A stretch of 64,000 bases of DNA from the human T2T-CHM13v2.0 reference genome, Homo sapiens. The notes beneath the pieces are model-generated. The model worked only from the letters and a program-made list of their open reading frames with translations, made no database searches and had not been told where the DNA came from. The position numbers and the translations under genes were made by a program. Every line of letters starts with the position of its first letter. Within the stretch, counting starts at the first letter, position 1. This document shows positions 15,597 through 34,342 of this stretch, one piece after another. The stretch is from NCBI RefSeq assembly GCF_009914755.1, contig NC_060926.1. The stretch is one strand, 5' to 3'.

Positions 15597-18500
15597 TCAG
15601 GTAGCACCTCCTGGGGACTCTATACATTGCGGGGGTCACCAAAGGTCCAGAGTCTCTAACTCAGTTTTTATTAGTTCATTTAGGGATGTTCAGAGTTTAG
15701 AAGACTGGCTGATGTTAACTAAAAATTATAAGAGACTAATTTCGAAATTAAAATGCCAATTTATTAGTTTACAAGGTGAAGTCTAGTCCAGTTACCAAAA
15801 TATCTTCGGCTGCTTTTTCCTGGGAAGCTGAATAAATATTGAGAGTGCTACTTGTTAAACACAGGAAAAGGGCAAAAATCGGCAAATAGCTTCAGGGGGT
15901 AGTTTACATACATTGTGCAAGCTAGATATTCATCTTGTTCTACTGTATCACTGTTTTGGCATTGTGCTAGATAAATTAATAAATAGTTACTCCTTGGTTT
16001 TTCTTTTTTTGGATTCTATACAACTCTGTTCCTCTGTTAGTACATTTCCTCACACATCATTAATTAATTACATAAAAGTTTTTCTTTAATTGCTTGTAAG
16101 AGTCTAGAGGTGTACAAGACTAAAAGTGGCAAGAAAGGAATGTGGAATAAGAAAAGAGGCAGTACTTGGGGCAGAGCGCTCTAGCTTTGAACCATTTTCC
16201 TATATTTTAAGTTAGGTCCCTATACTGCTCACAAATTGGTCTCAATCTTGCCTACTGCCCACAAAACTTCCAACAGGTGTAACACGTGGCAAGGCAATCT
16301 GACATGATGGAAGAATACTGGACCGGAAGGTCAGAGTCCTGGGCTCTGGTGCCAAATTCCACAATTGTTTGTCTATGTAGAGTTATTTTATCCTTATGGA
16401 CCCCAATTTCCACATAAGTAAAAGAGAGTGGCTTGATATAGCCTTAGACTGATAAAGTCACTTCAAAATTCCGTGGCTCTAATCTGGACAAAATATTTCA
16501 GAGGCTATAATTTCCTTCATTGAGATACTGGCCCAGGCCCTTGAGATTTGTAATCTAGTTTCATGAGCAATGTATTTATAAACTGTTGGATAGATTACTC
16601 AGTAGATAGCTAATCTTATCCATTTTATATTGATTCTTCTTTATATCTCAGTATGAGAGGTTACCCCAAATTTAGGGGGGGATACTCTGCTTAAGACTTG
16701 CATTTCCTATGTACTCACTAAACTCAGCAATTTCGCTATGCTCTTCCCCTAGCTGCTGGGGGCTGCAGAAAACAGAATGTAGTTGCCATCAACTATTCCT
16801 TCTTTAAACCAAGCAGTATTATCCCATCTCAAAATTTATCTTCATTGTTAGCTTTACCCATATCAAATTAGAAGGGGTTCTCTGGAGTAAAAGATTCTAA
16901 GAGAGCAATCCATAGCATCAGAATTGCTCAGGCTTCAAGCATAAGATTAACAAAAGCCAAAGAGCTTTTAAAGGATTCCCTCAAACCATCACACTTCAGG
17001 AAAGCCCCTTAGATTGTGTAACTCAGTGAAAGATCTAGCTGTGTCTTTTCCTTCAGCAGCCACTCTCCATACAATATTCCTCTGAACTCTTACCTCAAGA
17101 GTAACTTCTTCCAAAAATACTTTTCCCAAACTGGCCTGCTATGAACCCCAGATCCCATCCAAATGAATCCATTTCTTCCTCCTCTCAGGTACCATATATA
17201 TAAATATATTATGTATTTAGAATATTCTTTGTAGATATGTAAATTCCAGCAGTTTAATCTCTATCAAAAGTCCATTTTTTAAGGGCAGAAAACATGTTTT
17301 AACTTTTCAGTATAATTCCATCAAGTTTCGTATCTTCAACGGGCTTAATAAGTACTGTCCATAAACAGTTTAAACTTCTAAATAGAAAAACAAATAGACC
17401 AAAGATCTCCCACACTGAATGAAAAAAATTCTTCTGGGACCTTCTGGCAATTTCTCCCTTCATAATTTCCTTATGGAAGATAACAAGGATGTCCGTGAAT
17501 CCTGCAGTCTCATTTCCTAAATACTGGACAGCTAAGCTGCCAACCTACAGGACTCAGCCTTTATAGATCTCTCACTTTTCAATGTGGCCCACTATGCAAA
17601 AGAAATATCACCCGTAAGTGAAGGATATAAGAGAACGCTTTGGGTATATGGTTAAAATTATGAAGCCAACAGACCAGGTAAAACTTAGAGGTCAGTTGTT
17701 TGATACTTTCTTTTCTCCTAATTTCTAAAACCAGAGACAACATGTCCCAATGTGAGAGAGTCCTCTCATGCCACGACCTTTAAAAAGGCTACAACCAGGT
17801 ACCTCCTGTCTACAAGGCCCTGAGATAGAGTTAGAAGAAGAAACAAAATGAGCAAGACAGTTCTGCTCTTAAGAACTCTGTAAGCTAACAGGGAGAGAAG
17901 TATAGCAATTCTTAGAATACAAGGCAAAAGTGATAAGTGACACAGGAAAGAGAAAGCGTTGAGAGTTCAGAAGAGGAAAATAATATAGCTTGTGCTTTTA
18001 CTACTGTCCCTTTCACTATTTCTGTCATAACAGAAAGGTCATTGTAACCATCTGACTCTCTTTTTAAGTCAGGGAAATTAAATGCCCTTGGAAAAGACTT
18101 TAAAAATTATTGGATGAAAAGGCTGCATCTCCTGGGGGAAAGAAGCTGGAAGTATGCAGAAATCTACTAATCTATCTTCAAAATATCACCCATCCCTTCA
18201 TGACATCCACAAATCCCACAGAAAGAACTAATCCTTCCCCTTGGCTCAACTCCACAGGTCCCTGCTTCCACACCATTCCTTTCCCTTCATCGGCATAAGT
18301 TTTTCCTTTTCCGCTGGTTTCTCCTTTGCCTTCAAACACATATGCATCTTTCCATCTTATTTCGTTTAAACTACTTCTAGCTCTCCAGCTATCTCATTTA
18401 TTTCCTTCTCATTGTGAAACTTCTCTGGTGAAGAGTTCTACACTCATTGTCTCCATTGCCTTATCCATTGATCGTTCTTTAACAGCCTGCTTTCTTCTGA

Positions 18501-19125
18501 TATTGCCCAAGACCATGAATTGCCTAAGGGTCTTTCCTCTGTCAGTCAGTTACCCCTTCTCTTTGGCCTCTCTCCTGCACATGACTGTGGCCACCCTTGG
18601 TGACGGAAATAGCACAGGATTTGAGTCAAGACAAATATGGGTAAATCAACGGGATGGCCTTAGGCAAATTAGTTCACCACTGAGCCTCTACTTCTTTATC
18701 TTTCAAATGAAGATATCACCTAGCTCATAGGTTTGTTGTAAGGATTAAATTATAACTTAGATAAAGCACCTGTGTCTAGCACACACAGAGTATGGACTTT
18801 ATATTTGTTAGTTACCCTTTCTTGGCTAATCTACTATGCTATTCTGATTATCTTCCTGTCTCACATTTCCATCACTGGCTATTACTCCTTCCAGTTATGA
18901 CTATTCCCCATATCTCAATCTTTGGGCCTTTGTTCTTTTTTCCATACTCTTCCCAGCTAAAGATCCATCCATTCTCATGGCATCAAATATCATTTCTTTG
19001 TAGAAGATTCTCAAATCTATTTTCTGTAGACCCTTTTCTTCGACCTGAGCTTCAACCCTAGTTTTTCAACTCTTTCCTAGGCATTCTCACTTGTACGTCC
19101 CATAATCAATTTAAATTCAACATGT

Positions 19126-19467
<342 letters not shown>

Positions 19468-19701
19468 TTATGTTTTTAAATTAACTCTAATTATAAATAA
19501 GCCACTGATTTTGTAAAAAATAGGCTAAGGCATTGTTAAATTACCATACTGTAACAAATGGATTTTTATGAAACCCTTCTTCTACTAGGGGAAAGAGGAG
19601 GGAGACTCAACTGTGTAAATCTTCACAAAAAGCTCTGGAGGTACATGAAGCTTATAGGTTAGGCCCAAAAGGGCTAGGTATTTGTCAGAAGTAAGACATC
19701 A

Positions 19702-19995
<294 letters not shown>

Positions 19996-20083
19996 GAAGT
20001 AAGACATCAAACATCATCACTGCCTCACAAATCAAATCTGAACCAAATGGATTTCTTAGACTGGAGATTTAAAGCAAGTAAGT

Positions 20084-20220
20084 GTGGCTCATGCCTGTAA
20101 TCCCAGCACTTTGGGAGGCTGTGGCAGGCAAATTGCTTGAGCCCAGGAGTTCAAGACCAGCCCTCGGCTACATAGTGAGATCCTGTCTCTTTTAGAAAAC
20201 AAATAAATAAATAAATAAAC
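20084..20220 (+). mobile_element. Alu monomer (FLAM-like)
   Basis: Left-arm-only Alu with (TAAA)n tail. Confidence 0.75.
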
Positions 20221-20664
20221 CAAATGAGAGACTAATGGTGGATTTGATGGAGCAAAACAGAGGAAAAAATAGTTTTCACTTTGGCAGAGTTGGTAACTTC
20301 CTTTGAGTAAAGTAAGATATACAACCCCCTGGAGCGCAGTCTGTTAAACTGTGCTAGCCTATCCAGGTCTAGATACAGGGACATGCATGATTTCGTTTTC
20401 CACAGGCCCCTACAACTCTCTGTTGTCTTCTATCCAGCCTGATATACATGTTTATGTAATATGACTGGCCCCTGCAGATATCTGATTTTGTAATATCTGG
20501 TTTTGAGATTTTTTAGGATAAGAGAATTTGAGATATGGGAAACTCCTTTGCTATTGGGATTCTTAGAATCAGAAACCCAAAATGGATAATTTTTACCCCC
20601 TTTGTATTCTTTCTTTCTTTTTCTGAGACAGTGTCTTTCTCATAATGTATTCCCACTTGGTTTC

Positions 20665-21279
<615 letters not shown>

Positions 21280-21946
21280 CCCATTTGTATTTTCTATATT
21301 GATTTCCTTTTTTTTCTCTCTCAAAATTTTAACAATTTTTTTAAAAAATTACTTTAAAATTTTTAATAAATTTCCTTTTGAAAACATAAGCCCTTATAAG
21401 CCTTTGCAAAAGGAAAATAAAGAAAGAGGTCTTTTTAGCTCTTCTTGAGAAAAAAAAAAAAAAAAAGAAGTGGTAACCCCTGGTTACTACAGGATTCACA
21501 GTGAGAAAACCCCAAAGAGAAGGTGAAATTCAGAAAAAACAAAATATAGTTGAGAAACATGCACAGCCATACCTTCCTCCCTGGAGATTTTCATTCCAGA
21601 GCTCAAATACTGGTACATTCATATTTTCAGTAAGGAAAACAATTCTTTTATATGCCCACGGTTAAACCGACCCCACCCATGATCTTCCTAGTCTATCAAT
21701 GGCATCACTATTCTTCAAATCACATAAGCATATGACCAAGAGCCTAATATTCCTAAAGATCACCTTCATATGTCAATTCTCCAGTCAAAACTTTCAATGG
21801 CTTCCCACTATCTGCAACAGTAATTAATAAGTGCAAGGAGAATGTGCCCCATCTCCCTCCTAGGAGATGTGTCCCCACTTGAGAATCACAGCACATAATG
21901 ACAGTCGTTAACAATTGAACTAAATGGAGAAATAAATGTGTTACAG

Positions 21947-21980
<34 letters not shown>

Positions 21981-23418
21981 AAAAAACTGAAAACCACCTT
22001 CAGAATAAAACACTAATCTGCCAGCCCAACATTTAAGGCCCCCACAATTTAGCCTCAAGTTATTATCTTGCTAACTTTATTTTCTACTAATCCTCATCCA
22101 TTCTTATTCTTATTTTCCATCCTTTGCCCAAGTGCTTCCCACCTAAAATGTCTTCCACATAGTTTTCAATCAAAGCCTAAATCAAAGCCCAGTTCAAGTC
22201 CTGCCATTTATAGAAAGCTTTTTCTAATCACTCCACTACTATGGCCCTTATTATCATTCACTAAGCACTATAAGCTCTTTGATGGCAATATTATCATACC
22301 TTATATGCTCACAGAACCTCATTCAGCCCGCATGCACCTGACCGAATACCGAAAGGATGAATTAACTGCAAGTTTTTCTAGGTCGGAGAACTGACACACA
22401 TAATAGGAGGGAGCATATTCTCATGCATCTAGACTTATCCTTTTTTACGATGCCCACATGGACACTAAAAAAAACCCACCCTGAATCCTATGGCTTGCTC
22501 TACATATTGAACAACAGGTACATGGTAAAAGGGTAGCCCTTCTAACTGTGGAAGTGGAGCCCTTGTGACTCTAAGACTAATTTTCTTTCCAGGATTTTGT
22601 TAGGTACTTATTCTTTTGACTTTTGAGGTGTTAGTCTCTTAACTGGCTCTAAAAAAAGAGAGGTTCTGGGATTTCTCAATAATAAAAGATTCAAGGTTTA
22701 TATACACTTCATCCCGAAGTTGGGACTGCCTTTCAGAAAACATAAATGTCAAACAAATAAGGCAGGTGGTAGAATGGGAATATAGGCTACTCATCTATTT
22801 ACATGTAAGGCTGCCTATGTCTAAGGCTACCAATAGGTGATTATTTGCTGGCCTATTCATAAGAGGAGGAAAATAAAAAAGAGTGGGAAGATATGATTTC
22901 TTCATCTATTCAACAAACACTTATAGAGTGCCTACTATGTGTGGAGGCACTGTTCTAGGCACTTGGGCTAGACCAGTGCACAAAACATACATCTTTGTCC
23001 TTGTTGAGCTTACATTCTAACAGACAGGAGATAGACCATAAACAGTAAGTATAATAAAATAAGTAAATTTTATGGCAATATGTTGGAAACTAGGTGCTAT
23101 AGAAAAAATAAAAAGTAGAGGATGGTAAGATGAAATGGGAGTGCTAAGGTGCAGGGGGGACAAATGGAGCTTACAACTTTAAATGAGTAGTCAGGGTAAA
23201 CTCTATTGGGAAGGTAACATTTGAAAAAAGACATTGTTGTAGTCCATGTAGATGGATGTAGTCTATGTAGATATGTCTCCAAATTCTTTGACACAGCTCC
23301 CCTTAAGAGGTGAAGTTTAATTAATTACCTTCCACTTAAGTGTGACCCAGACTTAGTGACTCATTTCTAATAAAAAGAATACAGTGAGATAGTGATAGAA
23401 TGTAACTTCTGAAATTAG

Positions 23419-23772
<354 letters not shown>

Positions 23773-24039
23773 TTGGTCTTTGTCTCTTGGATCACTGGCT
23801 CTGGAGGAAACCAGGTCCTGTGAGTAGCCCTATGGACAGGCCACATAGCAAGAAATGGCACCTCCTGCCAACAGCCACATGAGAAAGCTTGGATATGAAT
23901 TATCCAGATGTTACAATGACTGCGTTACCAGCTGACATATTGACTGCAACATCATGAGAGACACTGAGCCAGAATCACACCCACTAAGCTGCTCCCAGAT
24001 TCCTGACCCTCAGAAACCATGCAAGATAATAAATGTGTT

Positions 24040-24363
24040 TTTGGTTTTTTGGGGTTTTTTGTTTTTGTTTTTGTTTTCTGAGACAGAGTCTCGCTCTTTC
24101 GCCCAGACTGGAGTGCAGTGGCACGATCTCGGCTCACTGCAAGCTCTGAGACCTCCCAGGTTCACGCCATTCTCCCGCCTCAGCCTCCCAAGTAGCTAGG
24201 ACTACAGGCGCCTGCCACCACACCCGGCTAATTTTTTGTATTTTTATTAGAGACAGGGTTTCACCGTGTTAGCCAGGATGGTCTTGATTTCCTGACCTCA
24301 TGATCCATCTGCCTTGGCCTCCCAAAGTGCTGCGATTACAGGCGTAAGCCACCGCACCCAGCC
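24040..24363 (-). mobile_element. Alu SINE (AluY-like)
   Basis: Reverse Alu with Y-type diagnostics (ttcacgccattctc, gttagccaggatggtc). Confidence 0.88.
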
Positions 24364-25482
24364 TGTTATTTTAAGCCATTAAATTTTGGGACAATTTGTT
24401 ACACAGCAATGGATAACTAATACAGACTTTAAGGAAGTGAGGAAGTTGGCCACACAAATATCTGAAGAAAGAACATTCCAGGCAGAGGGAACAGCCAATG
24501 TAAAGGCCTAAAGGCAGTGTTAGAGTGTTAGAAAAACACTTAAGAGTGTTAGAAAAACAGCAAGAGGCCAGTGTGGCTGCAGTGGAGTGAATGAGGGAGG
24601 AAGTTGTAGGAGATGAGGTCAGAAAGGTAAGAGAGTTCTATAAGATCATATAGGGTTTTATAGGCCATGGTAAAGTCTTTGGATTTTACTCTATAAATGA
24701 AGTGTTAAGCCAGTGAAGGGCTTTGAGCAGAAGAATATCACGATGTGCCTTGCAACTTAATAAGATAGCTTTGTTGATAATAGGCCAGGAGGGGGTAGGA
24801 GTAGCTGCAGGATACAAATAAGGAGGCTTTTGCCATAATGCAGGTAGGAGATGATGGTGGCTCCAGTATGGTAGCAGCAGAGGTGAGATTACGGGCATAG
24901 TTTTAAGGTAAAGCCAACAGGATTTCCTGATGGACTTTGGCTGTAGGAAGTGAGAGGACAGCAGTCAGGATGACTCCAAGGTTTTTTCACCCAACTAAAA
25001 GTGAAAGAATGAACCTTCCATCAACTTAGATGGGAGGGGGTTGTTGGAAAAGTAAATCTGGGCATACGACTGGAAGTTCAATTTTGGACGTGTTGAATTT
25101 AAGATATTTTTTAAACTTCTTCATGAAAATGTTAAACAAGCAGTCTGGAGTTTCAGGGTAAGACCTACAGTGAAGAATAAATGTGAGATTCATCCACAAG
25201 GTGGTATTTAAAGATGTTATAGTGGAATGCCAGAGGAGCAGGCTGAAGATGTCAAAAGGATCAAATCATAAATGATCACGTGTGGCGTGCAAGGAGTTTG
25301 AACTTTATCCTGTAGGAAACCGGGAGCCACTAAAGGACTCTGAGCAAAAAGTGTCATAATCAAGTTTCAGTTTCAAAGACATCACTCTGACAAAACTACA
25401 AATTCAACTGCAGGGGAATAAGAACTGACCAGGAGACAAGTTAGGAGGCTGTTGCATGGTCAAGCCAAAAAAGGGACAGAAA

Positions 25483-25775
25483 GGCCAGGAACAGTGGCTC
25501 ACACCTGTAATCCCAAAACTTTGGGAGGCCAAGGCAGGTGGATCACCTGAGGTCAGGAGTTCAAGACCAGCCTGGCCAACATGGTGAAACTCCATCTCTA
25601 CAAAAAATACAAAAATTAGCCGGGCGTGGTGGCTCAAGCCTGTAGTCCCAGCTACTCAGGAGGCTGGGGCATGAGAATCTCTTGAACCCAGGAGGCAGAG
25701 GTTACAGTGAGCCGAGATTGTGCCACTGCACTCTAGCCTGGGCAACAGAGTGAGACTTGGTCTCAAAAAAAAAAA
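25483..25775 (+). mobile_element. Alu SINE (AluS-like)
   Basis: Full dimer with A-tail. Confidence 0.9.
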
Positions 25776-28298
25776 GCAGGGGGGGAGTGGGGGAAAAGGG
25801 AGAGAAAAATGGCTAATTTCAGACAACGGGAGGTGGAATAGAGAAGATAGGCAGATTCAAAAGACGGTCAATAAATTAGGCTTTGAAAGTAAGGACAAAG
25901 AGGAAAGTGAGTGACTCCCAAATTTCTAGCTTAGAAAACTGAATGGATGATGGTATAATTCCCCAAGATAAGGAATATAAGAGAAATAGTCTGGGGGAGT
26001 AGATAATTCATTTTGGACATGTTTAGGATGTGCTTTATGTGGGACATCCAGGTGGAAATGCCAAACATGCAGAAAGAAATATGGGCCTAAAACACAGTGG
26101 AGATATAAAATTGGTATTCAGCGATGTACCAACAATAGTTGACACTGGGGTCTAGATGAGATGACCCAGAGGAAGGAAAGTGAAGTCTCAGAGGATCAGG
26201 GACCTGATCCTGGGAAACACTAACCTTTAAGAGGCAGGCAGAAGATGGAGAGCCAGCCAAAGAAACCAATTAGAAGTGTGAACAAGCTTAACAAGATGGC
26301 AATTTTCAAGTTAAAGCATTGCCCATCTTCCCCAGGCGATATAAGCTCTAGCTTCGTAAGAGCAGCAGTGACTCTCTTCATAGTTTAAAGTATCTGCTCT
26401 AGAATCAGGCTGCAACCAGACAGGAGCTGAAGACAGTAACTAAAACTAGGCAGAATATAACAACCATGGCTGCACTTAGGATGCTAAGTCAAATCAATGT
26501 TAACTATAGCCCCCTAATTTCTTAGCTAAGGTATTATACTGAACAGATTAAGACTTATAAGGCATTCAGAATGCAGCAGTAAGAACGACTGCAGGGAAGA
26601 GAAGAGAAGAGGAGAGAAGAGTAGAGAATTGCAAAATCTCCATCTCTGCTAAGGGACCCCTACCAAAGGAAGCCAACTTCAAGCAACTGCCCAGGTTTTG
26701 GTGTCAAGGGCTGATTCCTAGCCAGGGGTTGCCAGCTGTAGAGGGCGGGGCTCTATTTTGGGCTGCCTGCTGTCCCTGAGCCTGGCCGCGTCTGGTTTGA
26801 GCAGCATGCAGCCCCAGTGACTCACACACCCATGCAAACTGCCTGTGGCTCAGTGGCATGGCCTTGGAATGCCAGCCTTAGGCCAGCTCCCTCCTCACCC
26901 CATTACACTGGGATAAATAAATAAAGAGCCCGCCAGCAGCCACACAGCCTGATGGCAACCAGATGGAGAGAGCGAGGCATGGACAGGGCCAGGGGAAGGA
27001 ACTCCCTCCAGTGGACTAGACTGAGAGTGGGCTCTGCCCAGTCATCCTAAACTTCCTTTTTCATATAGTTCTTACTGCCGTGTAACAACAGTCCCTAAGT
27101 CCCTGACTCTTCTTTCACTCCTAAAGATGCCTCTCAACCCCCAGTCCTACAAAATGCCCTATATAGGGTTCTTGGCCTCCATGAAGATCATGCCAACAGG
27201 CATCCCACCCAGGCTTGACTTGAGTCAATATTGTCAGTATCACCCTCTAGTTAGGCCACTATCAACTGGCTCCTTGGGTTCCCCAGAATTGAGAAATCAG
27301 AGGCTCTTAGACAGAGTGGAAAAACAAAAGGACCAAATAGGGAGAAGTAACCCCTGTTCAATTCTTATTTTCCCGAGCCTTAGTATCCTAGCCACCTGCC
27401 TGGCCTACTGTCCCCTGTGCCTTATTGTCTATAGCCTCTTGCCTAGTAATAATCCCAATGAGAATTTTAAAAACTGACCCCAGGCAATGACCGCATGGCC
27501 CTCTGACACCAGCCCTGGCCCCCCTGCGCCTTCATCTTGAGCTCTCTCCCTGGTTTGTTTATCTTCCTATTCCATCTTGCTTATTTTGATGGCACATCCT
27601 TTCAGTTCAGTCTTGGGTGACCCCATGACCCTTCTGTGTCCTGTTTGTAGGACCCCGGGCAAGCAGAGTAACTAAAAAGATGCAGTAGTCATAAGAAGTT
27701 CTACAGCCCCAGTAGGAAACCTTTCAGTTCCAGCAGCTATACAGGACATTCTGAGGACAGTGCAATGACCTCAGAGGTCACAAGAATTCCATATTACCCC
27801 AGCCCTTATGTCTCCCCTAACAGGTGTGTACAACCAGTTAAACTAGCAAAACAAAACAGGGATAATCCTAGACTATGTGTCAAGAAATGTGAGAAGTCCT
27901 AAACATAAAGCTACAGCTATATGACCTTAGGCAAGTCACTTAACCTCTCTGAGGCTCAACTTCTTCATCTATAAAATAGAAAGCTGTAACTACAACTACC
28001 TATCTCTCACTTCCTTTCCAGATATAATAAAATTCTACAAGTCTATGAGGTTGATCCACCCAGAACCTACAGGACCAGTATTCTTGAAGTAGCTGGTTCC
28101 AAAACACTGATACTCTTCCTGTGCTGCCACCTAAATTCTGTATGCTTTCTCATTCAATTCCGCAGGGCTCCTCCCAACCCCATAGTATGAAAACAATGAG
28201 CCTCTAATTTTATAAATGAGAAGTGATTTATCCAAAGCTGCAAAATGAGCCATGAGAATAACTGAAGACCCCAAATATAGGTCTAATAAGCAACACTG

Positions 28299-28562
28299 AG
28301 CCAGGTGCAGTGGCTCACGCCTGTAATCTCAGCACTTTGAAAGGCCAAGGTGGGCGGACCACATGAGGCCAGGCATTCAAAACCAGCCTGGCCAACATGG
28401 TAAAACCCTGTCTCTACTAAAACTACAAAAATTAGCCAGGTGTGGTGGTGCATACCTGTAATCCCAGCTACTCAGGAGGCTGAGGCACAAGAATCTCTTG
28501 AACCCGGGAGGCAGAGATTACAGTGAGCCGAGATCACCCCACTGCACTCCAGCCAAAAAAAA
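28299..28562 (+). mobile_element. Alu SINE (3'-shortened)
   Basis: Alu lacking its last ~25 nt; TSD AAGCAACACTG. Confidence 0.88.
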
Positions 28563-29312
28563 GCAACACTGTATCCACAGGCCACAGTGTCATAATCTGT
28601 ATAAAATCCCCCTAGCATAGACTTATCAAAATATTAATCCAAACTTATTGAAGACTTACTACCTGTAGGCACCACGCACAGTGCTGGGGATATAGAAATG
28701 CATTCAGCATGGTCCTTGCCTCAAAGAGTCCACAGATCAGTGGAGGAGAAAGCCATAGTCTTGCAGGCATACAAACAGTAATATTACAATGTTATAAGTG
28801 GTAAAACAGAGGTATAATCCAAGGTACTATAGTAGCAGGGAAGAAGAATAGTCTTTACAAGCAGAGTACAGAACGGTCTCCCAAACAAGGTGAAGCTGAC
28901 ATCTAGAAGATTAATAGAAGTTTGCAAGTTAGATAAGGCCAGAACATTGGACATTCTAGATCATGGGAAGAATGTGTATCTAAAGACAAGATGAAACAGC
29001 ATTGGGGCAAATTAAAAGTCATTCCATATAGCTAAGGCATAAAGTACACAGAGAAAAATGTCAAGAAGTCAAGCTGGAGAGGTATGCAGGCACTAGATCA
29101 GGAAGAGACCTCTCTACTGAGCTAAGAACAAGCCTTGCATTGTTTAACTAAGGGGATGAGGCAGGGAACCAGCATGTTATCCCCAGCCTTGATACCTAAA
29201 CTTATAGACAGGGGAAGCTATCTAAGAGAAAAACGGCCTAAGAAATCTCTCTTAGTCACAAGTTTAGGTTTAACGGTCTCTCTTTACCCATAAAAACTTG
29301 AAACCTTTTCTA

Positions 29313-29660
<348 letters not shown>

Positions 29661-30031
29661 TTAGCAATACAAGTTTTCCTTCTTCTTCAGACTTACAATT
29701 GCTTCAGTACCTGGACTGAGCACCTACCTCACATTTTTTGCTTTTAGTGTTTAGACCCCAAGCATTGTAGCTCAGTCAATGCACAGAGGCAGAACAGGAG
29801 GTTCCAAATAAAGAATACCTGCTTTATGCCTAGCCCTTTAAAAAGTGCTAATTTAGGGTTCAAAAGAGGTACGGGACACAGACCCTGTCCACAAAGAGCT
29901 TACAAATTAATCTAGAAGACAATAAAGAAATACAAATAATCTATACATAATACCAGATTATAATAGCATTATTTACTTACATGATAAAGTACCAACTTGG
30001 GTAACATATATAATTAGAAAATGGGGCAATA

Positions 30032-30354
<323 letters not shown>

Positions 30355-31002
30355 CTAAGGTACTAACTGTACAACCAACAAGTCACAGAAGAGGGAGGGA
30401 AGGAGAAGATCAATATTGACTGGCATTATCAAAGGTCACTATTATTAATACTTTCCCTATTTGGCATTTAATAGATGTTTCTTTTGGCTGAGCTCAATCC
30501 TTAGAAGGGAAACCTAGGCAGGAGCTTCTGACAGGCCACAATTATCTACTCCCCATTCATTCCTTTGCCAGTCCCCTTGTATAAACACTGTGATTTTCCA
30601 CAACCTACTGTGCCCACAAGACAGCCCCCAAATGGTAGCCCTAAGCTTTTTACCTTCCTCTCCTGCAGGATCCTGAAAGGGCCTAGACAAGTAATGACGC
30701 CTACCCTTCTCCTCCACAGTCCAGACCTTACGACCAGATCTCAACAAGCAAAAATTTAATAACTGGTCAACCAACCTTTCCAAGGTTAGAGAATTCCAAA
30801 TGAAATCCCTGGTACTTTAACAGAGATGTTTTATAAATATCAATCAGTCCACTTCCGCCTCTTACGTTCTTTCCCCGTTTTTTCCCTCATCTTCCCTAAG
30901 TACATCTCAAGCCTTATCAGACTTTCTATGGGCAACTTTTTCAGACAAAGGGCATTCCAACCACACAAGCCACCTAACACCCAAAACACAAATGGCCACT
31001 CA

Positions 31003-31200
<198 letters not shown>

Positions 31201-31573
31201 CTACTTAGGAAAGAGGAGGAAGGTGCATCATGCAGAGACACCTAGTTCAGTGGGAGAAGAAGGGCTGAGAGCATGTGGGCAAAAAGTAGTGGGAGAGGGT
31301 GATTAGCAATAAATGGCAGGTTTGGTGGCAGCATCTGCTCTAGGAGTTTTTCCTGCCACAAAAACAAAGGCCAAATTGAATTTTTATTCTGAAGTTGGAG
31401 CCATGAAGCTTCCTAAACTCCCAAGTCCATGTTGCTCTGGTACAATTCTGTATAGCTATTGGCTCCTTTCCAAAGTCTTTCCCTGCCATTGCCTAGGGCA
31501 TGTCTGGACTCGGTTACAGCTTCTATTGGCCACTTGGGCTCCAGCCAGGTACTCGAGGCAGAGAAAAGTGTCA

Positions 31574-31884
<311 letters not shown>

Positions 31885-32036
31885 TCACCTAATATCAAGA
31901 CTCCAGTTTCTGGTTAGTATTCAGCACCCATCCTGGGGGAGGCACTTCTCTAATGCAAATGAGTCTCCCTCTTTGCTAAGACCCTTTGACTATTTTTAAC
32001 ACGCCCCACCCAACTCCTCCAAGAATGTCCTCTTAC

Positions 32037-32175
32037 CTCGAATCAGCGTAGCCCCACTCTCCTGGTAGTCTTGGATCTCTAGGTCTTTCATATGAAGTAA
32101 CGTTGCTAGCTCCCTCACTTGGCACTGTAATGCCAGACTCATGCCCATCAGAGGACGAATCAAATGTTGGGAGAC
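32037..32175 (-). CDS. NHEJ1: NHEJ1/XLF exon 4 (139 nt; [46 protein letters not shown]), coiled-coil stalk
   Basis: ctcaaag|GTC...CGAG|gtaaga; lies within ORF 31996..32196. Confidence 0.96.
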
Positions 32176-32214
32176 CTTTGAGGGAAGAGATATCAATTAG
32201 CCAAAAGACTCTTA

Positions 32215-32965
<751 letters not shown>

Positions 32966-33268
32966 AAATGAGAAAAGCTGAAGATCCAAGTAGCCCTCAA
33001 GAAAATAAGTGTGGCAAAAACAGAGTACACTAGCTAAAGTGTAACAGAAGACAAAAATCAACAGAAGGTAAAGACCCTTGAAGATCAAATTAGATCCAGA
33101 CACTAAGAGCCATTTCAGGGCTCATGATAGCCCAGAAGGACCCTGGAGTTTCAATCTGTTCCCACAAATGCAGCATAGTCTAAGGTTATTGTTATAATAG
33201 AAGCAAGCCAGCTACCAAGAACTAGCCTAGGAAGGTATAAGCCAACGCACTCTACACACAAACCCCCC

Positions 33269-33588
<320 letters not shown>

Positions 33589-33709
33589 TAAGAAGAATGC
33601 AAACGCAGCCATACTGCCGTACAAATAGGGTGATACTCTCATATGATAATGTATAGCTATATAGAATAATCATTTAATTCACCTACACAAGGTGTCCATT
33701 AACCTGTCA

Positions 33710-34018
<309 letters not shown>

Positions 34019-34124
34019 TCAAATTAATAATCTATCTGTGACTAAGGGAAGTTATCAGACTTCCTTTCCCTTTCCTTAAGGAGATGAACTAAAGAAGGCA
34101 CTAAAAAGAAGAAATGCCCTAGAT

Positions 34125-34342
34125 CAGAGGTCAGCAAACTTTTTCTATAAAGGGCCAGATAGTTAACATTTTTGGCTTTGTGGCCTATCCAGTCCCTGTT
34201 GCAACTACTGGACTCTCCTGTTGTAGCACAAAAGCAGCCACAGACAATATGTAAACAAATCAAGTGGCTGTGTTCCAACCGAGCTTTACAAAAACAGGCA
34301 GCAAGCCAGAATTGGCCCATGGCCATAGTATGTCAACCCCTG
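34125..34342. mobile_element. MER58-like hAT-Charlie MITE
   Basis: TIRs cagaggtcagcaaact / agtatgtcaacccctg; 8-bp TSD-like ccctagat / tcctagac. Confidence 0.75.
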
